NCBI RefSeq assembly: GCF_018977255.1
Contig: NW_024704742.1
Coordinates: forward strand, 2,420,001-2,484,000
Source: Callorhinchus milii
Lineage: Eukaryota
DNA length: 64,000 nt
Reading direction: 5' to 3'
In this document: positions 1 through 12,455 of the stretch, piece after piece
Layout of the letters: each line of letters begins with the position of its first letter
Numbering within the stretch: position 1 is the stretch's first letter
Position numbers and translations under genes: made by a program
The notes under the pieces: generated by a model
The model's database searches: none
Seen by the model: only the letters and a program-made list of their open reading frames with translations
What the model was told of the DNA's origin: nothing

Positions 1-130
1 CGCAATTGGCTGTCACATTTCGCCCACAAATATACAATCAATTCACTTTACAGCCTATTCTGTGAAGAGCTTTGACACGTCTCGAAGACGTGATAAGGCA
101 CGATATGAAATGCTAGGATTATTTTATTAT
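1..130 (+). mobile_element. SINE 3' body/tail (L2-derived tail), truncated by window edge
   Basis: GCAATTGGCTG...ACAATCAATTCACTTTACAG...CTGTGAAG...GACGTGATAAGGCAC...AAATGCTAGGATTATT matches the tail of the full-length copies at 27001 and 41549. Confidence 0.85.
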
Positions 131-1164
131 TTTGTTTCCCTCTGACCCGAAGGGAAATAAATCTTCAGCCACAACTTGAAATACACAGCAAAAAAGGAGA
201 AAAATAGATATTCCTTACCATTCAGTAAGTCCCAAATAAGATCTGTCTGCCTTCGGTTGACTATAGATATATATATACACATATATAATAAATAATATAT
301 ATATACACAAAGAGAATCCAAACTTGCAAACAAATTTCCTCAAGAACTTTCTTGACATTTATGTTCCTGTCACATTTGGAACTGATCATTGGGATCGCAC
401 TTATTCCTACCTCTGAGCCCCCATGAGCATAAAAATCATCGATCCCCACTCGATTGGAAAGGAAAAAGGAAAAATACTCAACTACAAGTCAATTGAAAAT
501 ACAAAAAAAATAAACTTTCTCTCCTACGCTGCATTTTATTGACACATTTGATGCTGGAAGTTATCCCCAACTCTTCTCCTAGTGCGGCAACGCATTAAAC
601 AGATCGTAACGTAGTACATCTTTAAGATCGATAAGCCTGTGTGACGCTGATGTGTGAGGTTATGGCTTCACCACAGCAGTTATTTTGTCGTAGCCTGGAG
701 ACACAGAGTGACCGAATACAGGATCTATTCAAACCGATTCATAAGAGGAGCCCCAACTCAAATCCAACTCATTCATCTCCTGCCCTTCAGTGCTGATAAA
801 ATACTTGATATTAGTTAATAAAAATAAATTTTTTCTACATCAGCCCAGGCCTGTAGCGAAACCTGTTCATTAGCTGATGACCTTTAATTCCTCTTGGGCC
901 CCAAACTCTGCCATTTTAGTTTTATGACCGTCTGCGTTCACGCAAAGTACTGTTGTCTTTAAAGAAGTGAATGGGTCCCATTATTCATCGGAATCAATTT
1001 GGCCTTTGCCAAAAGCATTTTAAAATGTCTTCTAATTCTTGATGATAGCCTTCCTCTTCATCGGCAGGCTCACGCAACCGAAAGGCACACAGGGTTTGAA
1101 TGTTTTGTCTTGTTGAATTGGTTACCTCCCCTCCTCCAAGTCGGACATTGTTGCTGCTGACTCC

Positions 1165-1282
1165 TAGGTAAACCGAGGCGTGTGGAGTAAGGAAGCGTGC
1201 CCAACGTTTCGGCCTGCTGGGAATCAAACGCAAGTCTCTCGCTTGCGAGGCGAGGGCTCTAACCACTGAGCTACAGGACTCC
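1165..1282 (-). mobile_element. tRNA-Ala-like SINE head (SINE2-1_CM-like), 3'-truncated
   Basis: Reverse complement reads GGAGTCCTGTAGCTCAGTGGTTAGAGCCCTCGCCTCGCAAGCGAGAGAC..., with A-box and B-box-like motifs and the same head as the other copies. Confidence 0.85.
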
Positions 1283-1309
1283 GCGTATGACACCAAGTTG
1301 GGGGAACTG

Positions 1310-1645
1310 TGGACTCAAGTCCCTCGTTCCCACCTTTAAATCCCTTCATGGCCTTGTTCCACCCTACCTCTGCGACTTCTTGAAACCCTACCGACCCCCA
1401 CTCTCCCTTGAAGATCCAGTAACACTACTCCAAAAAGAGAAGGGAGTTTCTCCCTGTGCCCTGGCCAACAGTTTCCCAAATAAAATTTGTCATTCATCTC
1501 ATAGCTGGTTGTGTGACATTGCTCAAATGGGCTGCCTCGTTCACCTACAAACACCCAATCACGACCTATCACAGTACATCCTGGGCAGTGCTTTGAGGCA
1601 TGACACAAGGCGCGATAAAAAATGCAAGGATTATTATTATTAATA
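1310..1645 (+). mobile_element. L2 fragment followed by DeuSINE 3' half
   Basis: Translation ...TFKSLHGLVPPYLCDFLKPY resembles the L2 ORF2 C-terminus. It is followed by the Deu core end (AAGGGAGTTTCTCCCTGTGCCCTGGCCAAC) and an AAATGCAAGGATTATTATT tail. Confidence 0.7.
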
Positions 1646-2134
1646 AATCTCCAGCTTCTGCTGAGCTTGCCCGAGGGTTACTCGTGTATACTCCTTCAGC
1701 AGGGGATTGCTTGATTGCAAATCAGATCTAGAGCTCTGCCTGATTTTTTTCCCTCATGTGGGACCAGGCTGCCAAGGCCAATTGTGGCTCAAATGAAGCT
1801 GGAATCTTCCTGGTCTCTGTGACTCCAGGGCCATCAGGAGAATTACGTAGTTTTAAAAATACATTTAGCTGGAATTGTTCATGATACTTCACCAATTTGC
1901 CATCTGCAACTGAATAGATAGCAATTGGTTGTGAATGGGCTTTTGCATTGAGGCTTTAAACAGCAGTTAAAATCTCATTGAGCCTCGAAGCCCAATTTAA
2001 AATTGAGGGGTATTCCATGATGTGCATTAATTATTTGATGCGCTTAGATGGATGTTCATAGAGAACAAGGCTCGGGAAAATCATTAGTTTGATATGGATA
2101 GTCCAGAAAGAATTATTTCAGGGTGGGTTTAAGT

Positions 2135-2430
2135 TTACCAACACTGCTTACTTCCCAGGAGGATGTCCCAAAGCGCTTCACAGGAATTGCTGTCAAGTGA
2201 AGTGACTGTGCGTTGTGTGGGTCAATGAGGCAGCCAATTTGTATACGTCATTGTCCCACAAACAGCCAATAAGTGAATGATTAATTTTATCTGGGGATTG
2301 TTGGCCAGGACACTGGGAGAAACTCCCTTCCCTTTTCAAATAGTGCCATGGGATCTTTAACCTCGGTATAACGTCTCGTCCAGAGGACGGCGCTTCCAGC
2401 AATGCAGTACAACCCCCAGCATTGCATCTG
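2135..2430 (-). mobile_element. DeuSINE fragment
   Basis: The plus strand shows TTGGCCAGGACACTGGGAGAAACTCCCTT...TAGTGCCATGGGATCTTTAAC...ACGTCTCGTCC, the reverse complement of the Deu core. Confidence 0.8.
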
Positions 2431-2693
2431 TGTGCGTAAAAAAAATCCATCAATCAACATCAGGGGCTCCGTGATGTGTGGAAGAGGGATAAACGAACAC
2501 TGTCCCCCAGCTGTTCACGCTCAGGTGTAAACGTGCCGAAGCCTAAGATAGTCAAAGAAAAAGGCCATTCTTTCAAATCGCGATTTGAACGAGTCCATGA
2601 AAAGGCCCAATGAATCTCAAGGGATGATTCATAAGGATCTTTTGGAGCATTGGGCAAACTTGAAATGGTTTAACTGGTCACGGTCCAGGCCAA

Positions 2694-2718
2694 AGAGAGA
2701 GAGAGAGAGAGAGAGAGA
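2694..2718. repeat. (GA)n microsatellite
   Basis: Uninterrupted GA run. Confidence 0.95.
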
Positions 2719-4734
2719 TATGTCAAATTGAGATTGAAACAGAGAGGAGAGATGAGTGATTGCTTGTTTTTTGGTTTCTTTGTACTTCGAAGAAAAGTAC
2801 ATTTTAAACTATTTGTTATATGTATATATATATATTTGAATTCAGAGTATATCTTATTTTTTACATATAGGAAAAAGTAGCTGATGTGATCGCTGATATG
2901 ATATGATAGACTTCCATTTTTATTTCGTGGAGACTGTAGAGCCATTTCCCAGTGTTATTGTTGGCCGGGGTTTAAGTTTGATTATCTGTATCAACCTCAA
3001 CAGCGAACACCACAGAATAGGTACAGAGGAGCAAACTTAGGCATAGCTAAAATTTGTAGCGCGCAAGCAAGAATCTACTGAGGACATTTGATAGAGATAA
3101 ATCAGAAAATTCATGACGGTATCTTCTAACATAATTATGTTACATATGTTATCATACTTCTCTTGAATTCAAATCATTATGATATTGCATCCAATGGTTT
3201 GGTTGGAATGTACCCTTTTCCCTTCATTGATCAGATGCTGATCCACTTTAAGGAAATGAGCAATGCTGTGTATTTGATCAGGCCCTCAGCAAAAAAGCGA
3301 GATTAAAAACGCCTTTGAAGGGAGAATTGAGGCAAAGAAGACATCCTAAGGAAAATAGGCACCAATACATTTGATATTGTTGACAATTCAGAAGCGCAGA
3401 GGGAGGAGCGAGGACGAAGAATGTGAGGTGATTTATTTTTGAAGCTTGGAAGAAACATTCGGAGGAACAATCAGCATATGTGGATCAATAAAAGAGATGG
3501 GCACAAAAGGGATGAGATTAATAACCTATTTTATTATAAAAATGATGAGCCTTGCATTTTGCACAGCGCCTTATCGCATTGTTGACCAGGAAATCAGGAG
3601 AAACTCTCTTCTCTTTTCAAATGATACCGAAAGGACCTGAGCTATTTGTGACTCACTATGTGAGTGCCAAGTCTTGATGTGGGGCTTGAATCCAAAAGCC
3701 CTACATCAGGACTCAGACAGTGTTATTAACTGAGCCAGGCTGATGCACTCAAAGTAATGCGGGATGTTGTTTGCTTCGATTTGTTTTTAATGATATTATT
3801 TTTAATCTAGCAAGAGAGAATACATAGCTGAGGTTGTAACGGAGAATCGTCGTCTGAACTGTGGCCTTTTCGCCTTAAAATATACAGTCACTACACCTTA
3901 TGGAAAATCTCGTGAAGCACTCTGGAAAGTCTCGATAACATGATAAGGCTCTATATTAAATGCAAATGCGAGGATACTATTACATTTGCTAACAAATCAG
4001 TCAGACGAAATTATTTGATTTTTATTGCATTATAAGTGGAGCCTGCGAGAGCTTTTATTGCAGTCTCTGTATTTGAATTGCATAGTGAGTTAATTCTATT
4101 AGACAAAGCAAAATGTTCCCTCATATGGCATTTTAATATTTATGAAGATTGCTTTGGACCATAAAAATATTGCGATTCGAAACACAATAATATGTTTGTG
4201 ACAATCTCTACTAATATTCATAAAACAATCCCCCCCCCACCACCCCTTGGTTGGCTATGAACTCTGCAGAACTGTATTTTAGTTCCTCTTGAACATGGTC
4301 TTTGACTCTGTTGCAAAAACCTTACATGTTTCTTCCTTGTGCCAATCAATACAGCCGTTCTGCACCATCTCCTCGTGTCCCCATCAGCCACTGTTCCTGA
4401 TGAGATGCTATGTCTAATGCACCGTCAGGCGATATATTTAGTGCATTTCAATTTAGGGCAAAACTCGAGAAAGAAAGGGAATTGCAAACTCGGGTTGAAA
4501 TTTCCAATGTGACATTTCACAAAGCGTGCGAAGAAACTTAAGGCCTCTCCTCACTAAAACTGATTAAGATCTCACTACACTGTGAGATCTGCTCACTACA
4601 CTGCCCGACAAAGACGTGTGAAGCGTATGGCCGATTTTACTTGAGGAATTGTCAGACGGGACACGGGAGGAATTCTCGGATCTTCAGGGAGTCTGATACC
4701 CTTTCCTGTATTTCGTACTCACTGCATCTGCGTG

Positions 4735-5126
4735 GGTTTGTCTGGCTCAGTTGGTAGCACCTTCGGCTCTGAGCCAGAAGATTGCGGGTTCAAGCCCCAC
4801 ATCGGTACTTTGAACTCGCAGTCCAGGCTGGTGCTGTATGCAGCGTGCTGTATTGTCGGACGTGCCATCCTTCGGATGAGATGTTAAACCAAAGTCCCGT
4901 CTGCTTGTTTAGGTAGATACTGAAGATCTTATGGCACCATTCGAAAGACAAAGAGTTTCTCAATGTCCTGGACCACAATCCCCCTAATAAAATCACTTAA
5001 TAGTCGTCCGTGGAACATTGCTCTGCGCAAACTGACTGCCAGGCTCACTTATAAAGTCACTTAAAAAGTCACTACACTTATATATGTGTGTATAAAAGCG
5101 CTATACCAAACTCAAGGCTTATTATT
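4735..5126 (+). mobile_element. DeuSINE (SacSINE1/AmnSINE1-type Deu core), near full length
   Basis: tRNA-like head TGGCTCAGTTGGTAGCAC...GGTTCAAGCCC, Deu core TTCGGATGAGATGTTAAACC...GATCTTATGGCACCATTCGAAAG...GTCCTGGACCAC, then a degraded L2-type tail. Confidence 0.85.
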
Positions 5127-6057
5127 TGTCTGATGAGCTTCTTCAGACAATATAAGTAGTCACCACTAAAATGCTGCGTGTGTTTATCGAAAGCTGTTTC
5201 TACTCTTAAAATGAAAAGAATAGTGACCTTTGCTTCAAAACCCATGGGAGTTGCCTATAGATAGCAATGCAGAGTGCTTGTCCATTGCTATTTAGTGCAT
5301 TAAATCACGTCCACCTTCCCGATGTGATATTGCATTTTACAAAAAGACACAAGTGCCACTCTGTTTACTGGAGGCTGCCACATGTCAGGGATAATTACAC
5401 GCATTCCCACTCCCACTTGTGTTGATGCTAACCGAAGGGAATTAACAACCCTGCTGACAGTACTGTGGATGAAATATGTTAATTTCAGTATGAGGACCAG
5501 TGTCGAAAGAAGATTAAATGTGACTCACACTTTAGAGTAATTATTTTATCAGTTTTTGGTTTAAGTATCTTCATATGTTTTTTTTTACCCTTTTAATGAG
5601 AGCGATTCAACTAATGTCCCTGAATTTTAATACGCCTCATTGGGTGTCGAACAGGAAATGAATCATCGAAATAGCCAACAAAACAATAATAATATGGGTC
5701 TGATTTCCTCCGCTAAATGTAAACGAAAGAATCCAGCACAAATGTTTGTTCTGTATTTTTGCAAACAGCGAGTTTCCATCAGTGAAGAAAACAGTGGGCT
5801 CCATTCCCATTGTAGACTGACCATTGGCATCGCAGTCAACCTCCTACCTCCCTCTGGTTCAAGTACGCTTCAAGCATTTTCAGTCTGGTTCTCGCTTGCG
5901 TGGTGTTATAATAGATTTCCCTCTCCTCACGGATCAACTCAGTCGGGGACCATCGGGTTTCAGTCTCCCGCCCTGTCTGCTGGTCTCAGATGAAGCCTCA
6001 CCAAATTAAAAGCAGGGTCTTACATAACAAACACTGCCAGGCTTAAGTCAAGACAAT

Positions 6058-6391
6058 ATTAATAATAATCCTTGCATTTGAATGTAGCGCCTTATCATGT
6101 CAATGAGACGTCTCAAAGCGCTTCGCAGAGGATACCGTATATTGAATTGACTCTTATGAATTGCCTACAGCGGTGTCCCACAAACAGTCGTGGATCGAGC
6201 GATCCAATTCTTATTTTTTGAAGGCATTATTACCCCTGGAAAGCAATCCTTGAATCGAATAACAACCAGGTTCCTACTAACTGCTCGGCAAAACAGAAGG
6301 AAAATTGCCTGAGGTTTCGCCCGGCCGGGAATCGAACCCGGGTGCTCTCGCTTGCGAGGCGAGTGCTCTAACCGACATGCTACAAGACTCC
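6058..6391 (-). mobile_element. tRNA-Ala-like SINE (SINE2-1_CM-like), near full length with internal deletion
   Basis: Head with B-box GGTTCGATTCCCGG, body TAGGAACCTGGTTGTT, and tail ending AAATGCAAGGATTATTATT. Confidence 0.9.
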
Positions 6392-7234
6392 GCAATGTGA
6401 GTGTGTGTGTGTGTGTGTGAGTCAATGCATATGTTCCTCGAGGAGCGTGTGAGTGCGTGTGACTCTCTTAGCGAGTGTGTATGTCAGTTAGCGTGTCAGT
6501 GACTGCAGATATAAAACAAAAAAACACAAAGATTTTGTGCATCTTGGCATCTGCATCCGTGCGACACAATTTCCACTTTGCAAAGCTGCACCTGCCTGGC
6601 CATTATATCACAGCTTGTGCTCCTGCCTCCTTCTGTTCCGACTGCCCTTCAAAACAGTTAAACATACTTCGAAAGTCCTTTCGAGCTACTTACTGCAAGG
6701 AAACTCCTTTCGAACTCCATACTGGGGTACCATCACTTACCCCCTTTCCCTTCGCAAATTTTAAAGCTCACCTCCCGGCTCCCAGGCCCAGCTCGGGTAC
6801 AAGTCTGCAAAGACTATCCAGTGCTTTGGGACGTCCTCCCTGATTTGTGGCACTGTCTCGTCCTGTGTAATGGCTGAGGTTGAGCCGTAACCAGTTGGAG
6901 ATTAACTGTGTGCACGCAGCCCAAGTCCACCCGTTTTGTGCTGCAGTAGAGTTGATTATCCACATTAATTGGGACTTGCAGATAATCAAACTGTCGATAA
7001 TTGCTCCTTCTTCGTTCACAATACATATTGACTAATCAAACAATTGTTCCATCAGTTTACATTGGGACTACAGTACCACACTTTCTCGCTAGCTCACACT
7101 CTCTGACTGTAAGTGGGTAGGGTAAGGTTTTTTTTTCCTTGGAGCTGCGCACGTGGTGGTTTGCCTGGAAATGAAATATCCCCTTTCTGTGGTTCTCCAT
7201 TTTCCCCATCGGTCCCCCTGAGGCCTATCCAAGC

Positions 7235-7490
7235 GAGATAACAATAGCTAATTGCGCACCGCAGTGTCCCGCAAACGGTCGAGGATTGAAGGGATTATTA
7301 GCCCTGGAAAGCGACCCTTAAATCGACTCAGAACCAGGTTCCTACTAACTGCTGGGTAGAGTTTAGATCAGGTGGGATCTGCCAGATATCGTGGTCAAAA
7401 GGATTCTTCACGGCAGGTCTCACAAATAATAATCCTTGCATTTGATATAGCGCCTTCCATTTCTTGAGGACATCTCAAGTCACTTCCCGG
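7235..7490 (-). mobile_element. SINE body fragment plus a separate SINE/L2 tail
   Basis: AATTGCGCACCGCAGTGTCCCGCAAAC...CCCTGGAAAGCGA...GGTTCCTACTAACTGC, then AATAATAATCCTTGCATTTGATATAGCGCC. Confidence 0.75.
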
Positions 7491-10134
7491 GGTTCACCCC
7501 ACTCCCGGCTCGGAATCAGGCTCTGCCGCTATTAAGCGCTCTGAGATGCTGCCCTGCCTGGAGAGCGCTCCATCAGTGCAAGTTGTTGTGGTGTAACTGT
7601 AAAAGTGTTGTGACTGTGTGTTTTGCAGCCAAGTGTGTTCGAATACCAGAATATTTTACTGCAATAGATAACTAGAAATAATGAGTCGTTTTTCTCGGTG
7701 CTGGAGACTTTTTTTTTGTCACTGGAGAAGACTAAGTGGTGACGCAGAGATATTCCAGCCACTGTACTCTAATGTTTCAATTTGATTTTTATGAAGCAGC
7801 CTTAAAAGTGGTGAACTTGTATGACGATGAATTTTAACAGTTAAGTTGCGAATTCAGAGATCCTCACAGCTTCGCATCTGTCCTGCCAAACTAATAGAGA
7901 AGAGGTAGATCGAGAAGATGATTCATTTAGCAATAATGGCATATTGGCTATTTTGGGTAAAGAAGCCACTTGGAGAACGAACAAAGGACTGAAAGCGATA
8001 GGCCTGAAAATGTACTCCTACTCACTGCATCAACTACATCTCAACAAGTCAGTCACCCCTTCAGTCGCACTTAAATGTTGCTCTATGCAGAGTTAACTGA
8101 AATGCAAAATTAGACATGATGAGGCTGGATGTGTCCAGCGGTGTGCTCGGGTTTATATGTCAGCACCGTCAATACTATAGCCTCCAACAAAGTATTGCAA
8201 CTCACTCGGAACTAAAACACTTCTTGTGGCATTTCTTGTCCATCTCTAGAAGACGTGAAAAGTGCTAAATCAAATGCAGGAATTATTATCTCGTGATACT
8301 ATATCAGAATGTTAAATATGTTCAGCCTCAAATGGGGGCACTGGCATCATAACTAAGTGTTGCTTGTAGACGTCTCGGAATGACTGTATTTGCTGTCAAA
8401 GTATGGTCTAAGAGTTAAAGGAAAGATTTGTTTTAGATAGCTCCAGAACCTGGTCGGTAATTTAATGATTTTTTATCATTGCGCACGAATCACATTGTTG
8501 CTCTCATCTCAACACATGTCAAAAATTGTACCTTTTTCATGATTATTTCCTTGAGAATAAGCCGCTTGCCACAAAGTCGAGTAAAATTATGACTCCTGCA
8601 ACCATCAGATGAATCTTTCTAACGTTGTCACAGTCAGTAATGAAGGACTGTAAACCATGGTGTATTTGGAAATCACAAGCAGCACATTAAACTGAATGAT
8701 TATTTCTGGAGCATGAAGGACAAATAACGCTGAGGCAATAAATTCACCAGAGAGCAGTGAAGTCTATCACAAGAGAAAAAAAACTCCCTCATCCCACGGG
8801 CAGCATTACAATTTACGAATACTTCCACAAGCCAGTATTTCGCTCTTAAAAAGTTTGTAGTGATGAGTTTCCAACCGAATTCCGAGGCACGGAGGAGACG
8901 ATCGATTTGTAAATTGCGTCAATTTTCCCAAATTGCGTGTCGATGGCTTTTCTGAACGATTTGTGTTGAGTTACGCACCTGTCATTCCATCAAAATATCC
9001 CTTCTCTCCAGGCAAGTGAACGGATGAACTGATGTTTTTATCCATCCTTTCGAAAACGACCGCTTACTGAACAGCAGCAGCTGCGAAACCAACCACATCC
9101 TTTTCGGTAAAAGGTGTAGGCTTCATTTCCAAGTGTTATTGCGGTGAGCTGCCTTGTGGTGCTCGTCTGACAGCCTATAATTTTCCAATTATAGGCTCTG
9201 TTGGTTAAATGTGTGGAGCAGCATATGCTTCAGTGTCCCGAGATGCTATCCTGTATTAAAGGGTGCCGTTCGAACGTGGTTGTTGTTGTTGTGGGGCAAA
9301 GGTACGAATCTGAGGTGTCCATCCAGTTTCAGTGTACCCGAACCGAACTGTTTCCCTACAAACGAAAGTAATTGCTGTTTAAGGTGTCTGTTTGCCTGGC
9401 GCGGCAAAGCTTTTTTTTGATCTAAGTATTCCCTACATTCCCTGCGGTGAATATAGCGAAAGCTGATGTGTGAATTAGTGATGGACCAGATATTAAATTT
9501 CAAGATTTGGCATTTAAAAAAAAGCCGCACAGTGTTTCATTCTGAAGTGCTTTTGATGTTTAAAGACTTGCATTTTATAGTGTTGACATGCTTCAATATT
9601 TCAAAGCGCTTCAGGGGTAATCACCGCCAAGCGTAGTGACTGTATTTGTAAGCAAACGAGACAGCTATATGACAGCATCAAGATCGCATAAACAGCCTTG
9701 TGGGGAATGATCAATTAACCTGGAGGCCTGCGCACCAGGAGAAACTTCTTGTTCTTTTCATATAGTGTCCTGGGATCTTTTATTTCATTTGAACAAGACC
9801 AGTAATTTAGATTTATGTAGTGCTTTACATCGGCCGAATGTTTCGTAGCACTTTACACAGATTATGAGGACTATGAGTTGGTGGGGGTGGAAGAGGAAAG
9901 TTATCAAAAGCGCAGTTCATAAGATGACGATATTGATCCGAATGAAGCAGTCCCTTCGACCTCTCTAATCTCATTGCTCCACAGTATCTTCCCCATCACT
10001 GCATCAAGATGCTTTTTAAATGAGTCCAGTCCCTGGCCTCTACCCCCTTTCCTGGCGACATGTTCCAGTCGTTAATTGTCCTCTGTCGAAAGAAAAACTT
10101 CCTGACGCCTGTCCTGAGATTGCCCTGCGTTCAG

Positions 10135-10290
10135 CCTCCGTGCTCGGCTGCCGCGTTTCACGCACAAAATACACAGTCACCGCACTTTACAGCGTATCCT
10201 GTGAAGCGCTTTGAGACGTCTCAATGACGTGATAAGTCGCTATATCAAATGCAAGGATTATTAATTTTCTATTATTATTATTATTATTAA
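10135..10290 (+). mobile_element. SINE 3' tail with (ATT)n end
   Basis: GGCTGCCGCGTTTC...CTGTGAAGCGCTTTGAGACGTCTCAATGACGTGATAAG...AAATGCAAGGATTATTA. Confidence 0.85.
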
Positions 10291-10622
10291 CACTCCTGAG
10301 CAAGGGCGACGGCAGCATGAAATCCTTGAGGATATCTGCTTCTGATTCACGATGGAATGACATTTGCTGGTAGCGCGGAAGTAGTGTCTCCGTTGCGAGA
10401 CAGCAAGACCTTCTGGAGAGGAGGAGATGGAGGTCAACACCCAAAACGTGGTCACGTTGATGGCTGCAATCTTCTTTGTTCAAATTAAATGCAGGGTTTT
10501 TGCGTGGATGGTTAAAAATCTGCATTGGTACGGAAAACCCAACAACTTCTATGTTTCCCGGAGCTGCAGCCCTGTGCAAGCCTCCTCGCCTGTTCAATAT
10601 ACCATCGTTCCGTATTGCTGAC

Positions 10623-11122
10623 GTGTCAGCCAGGCTCAGCTTGCAGAACTCGCACCTCTTCTTCAGAAGATTTTTGGGTTCAAGCCCCACGTTGGGCGTT
10701 TGAGCTCACAGTGCTCCAGTGCAGTTCAGAGGATCAGTTTACCGTCTCACAAATGAAACATTAACCAGCGTTCCCGTCTGCCATTTAAAGTGGGTGGTAA
10801 ACATCCCATAGCGCTATTTTAAAAGAGAAAGGGGTTCCTCCCCCACACCCCCCCACCATGTCCAGGCCAACAGTACTCCACCCACCAAATTGCTTGCTGA
10901 ATCCTTCTTTAAATACAGGGCGACCAAAGAAATCATGATATCTACCCTATTTTCTGAAAAAAAATCATAATTTCTTTAAGATTTATTAAACATTATAATG
11001 GTATCATTACTTTCTGGTCACCCTGTATACAGTCACTACACTTTGCAGTAAACGCTGCGAAGCACTTTCGAGATATTTTGTCGTGATAAGGGACTGTTAT
11101 CAAATGCAAAGAACATTATTAT
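10623..11122 (+). mobile_element. DeuSINE, degraded, interrupted by a MITE
   Basis: Head GTGTCAGCCAGGCTCAG...GGGTTCAAGCCCCAC, Deu core remnants (ACATTAACC...CCCGTCTGCC...ATCCCATAGCGCTATTT), and tail ...CAAATGCAAAGAACATTATTAT. Confidence 0.75.
10916..11025. mobile_element. Tc1/mariner-type MITE, 110 bp, TA target-site duplication
   Basis: Left end TA|CAGGGCGACCAAAGAAATCATGATA; right end TATCATTACTTTCTGGTCACCCTG|TA (reverse complement CAGGGTGACCAGAAAGTAATGATA). AT-rich interior. Confidence 0.8.
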
Positions 11123-12274
11123 GATCATTCCCGAAAAAAAAACATGCACCTTTTAAGGTCTAATAGGGACAAATCAGCCTTCTATCACTTCCGGTTTGTC
11201 TCTGCTGACATTACAGCCTGTTGTGCATTGAAACATCATTTGCAGACGTAGCATTATGTAGATGGGCTTGTGTGGGAGAACGAAGGCCAAGTCATTTAGA
11301 CGTTCTCATTAGCGACACCATTTGCTGATCTTAATGTGCTCTGCGGGACATTCCATTTTATTTAACTGCTATTTAATTTTGTCGAATCAATCAAAAATAA
11401 ATGAAACGTTTAACAACTTTGTAATGTTTTAAAGTTTCGGACGCTAATGGACAAACTTACCGGGGTTAAACGACTCAAGCTATCAGGCAGTTTTCCTTGA
11501 GAAAATTCAGTGTGTGGATTCCGCGGGAAACGAGAAGGTATTTGGTTTCGCATTGTGTAAAATCCGGTGTGGAGTTTGGGACCAGATATTGATCCTTCTA
11601 CCTCAGCTCGGCTATAAGTTATATCAGATAAAACCAAGATATAGGCTGACAACCCCAACAATCTTCAACATATAAACCTGTCCACTGCATTTAGAGAGGT
11701 AGAGTTGTTAATTTTTGGAACGGATTCCGGTAGTACAGTAGAGATTATTGACCTCGTAGGGAGGAGGACAGAACTTCAAGCAAATGATCCCTGTAGGACA
11801 CAAGTGACATGATGGAACACAGGATGGGTGGAATTGGTTGTCTGTCTCTCTCCCACCTTTATTTTCTTTTCTTTTAAATGTTGGTCAATTTCGGAGGGCA
11901 CAACGCAAATAAATATTACAGGTGCAACCATATTAAACCGAGATATGAACTGTCCAGTGTCCACAGCTATGTTGATATTCTGTGAAAAAACATCACTCAA
12001 CGCAGTTTATGGATCCCATAAACTCTAAAAAAAAAGGCAAAGAACCATATTATTTCCGGAGGAGGAACTTGCTGGTGTAAAGGGGAGTGCATCGTTGCTC
12101 AGTTATTAGCCTCTTTGTATCTTCTACGTAGAGATTTCTGACGGCGTTCACCAGTTCTTTCAGCCTTGTAAGATGTGTGTGCGTTGTTCGGTCGGCAATG
12201 TTACAGGTATGACATTGGCCAAATTGAAATGTGTAATACTGTCACCTGTGAGTTCATATGATCGCAGCATCACT

Positions 12275-12455
12275 AATAATAATAATAATAATAATAATAA
12301 TCCTTGCATTTGATATAGTGCTTTTCACGGTCGGGAGGACGTCCCAAAGCGCTTCACAGAACACACTGTGAAGTGAATTGACTGTATATTTTTTGTGGGC
12401 GAACGCGGCAGCCAATTGCGCACAGCAATGTCCCACAAACAGTCGTGGATTGAAA
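12275..12455 (-). mobile_element. SINE 3' tail with (AAT)n
   Basis: (AAT)n CCTTGCATTTGATATAGTGCTTTTCACGGTCGGGAGGACGTCCCAAAGCGCTTCACAG...GCAGCCAATTGCGCACAGCAATGTCCCACAAACAG. Confidence 0.9.

Noticed and set aside
856..885. GAAA...CTGATGA as a permuted hammerhead
   Set aside because: Stems I and II cannot form
2572..2589. Perfect 18-bp palindrome TTCAAATCGCGATTTGAA
   Set aside because: One such palindrome is not unexpected by chance in 64 kb (about 64000/4^9, roughly 0.24), and there is no supporting context
5126..5150. Hairpin TTGTCTGA/TCAGACAA containing CTGATGA, a possible hammerhead
   Set aside because: No stem II followed by GAAA on either strand
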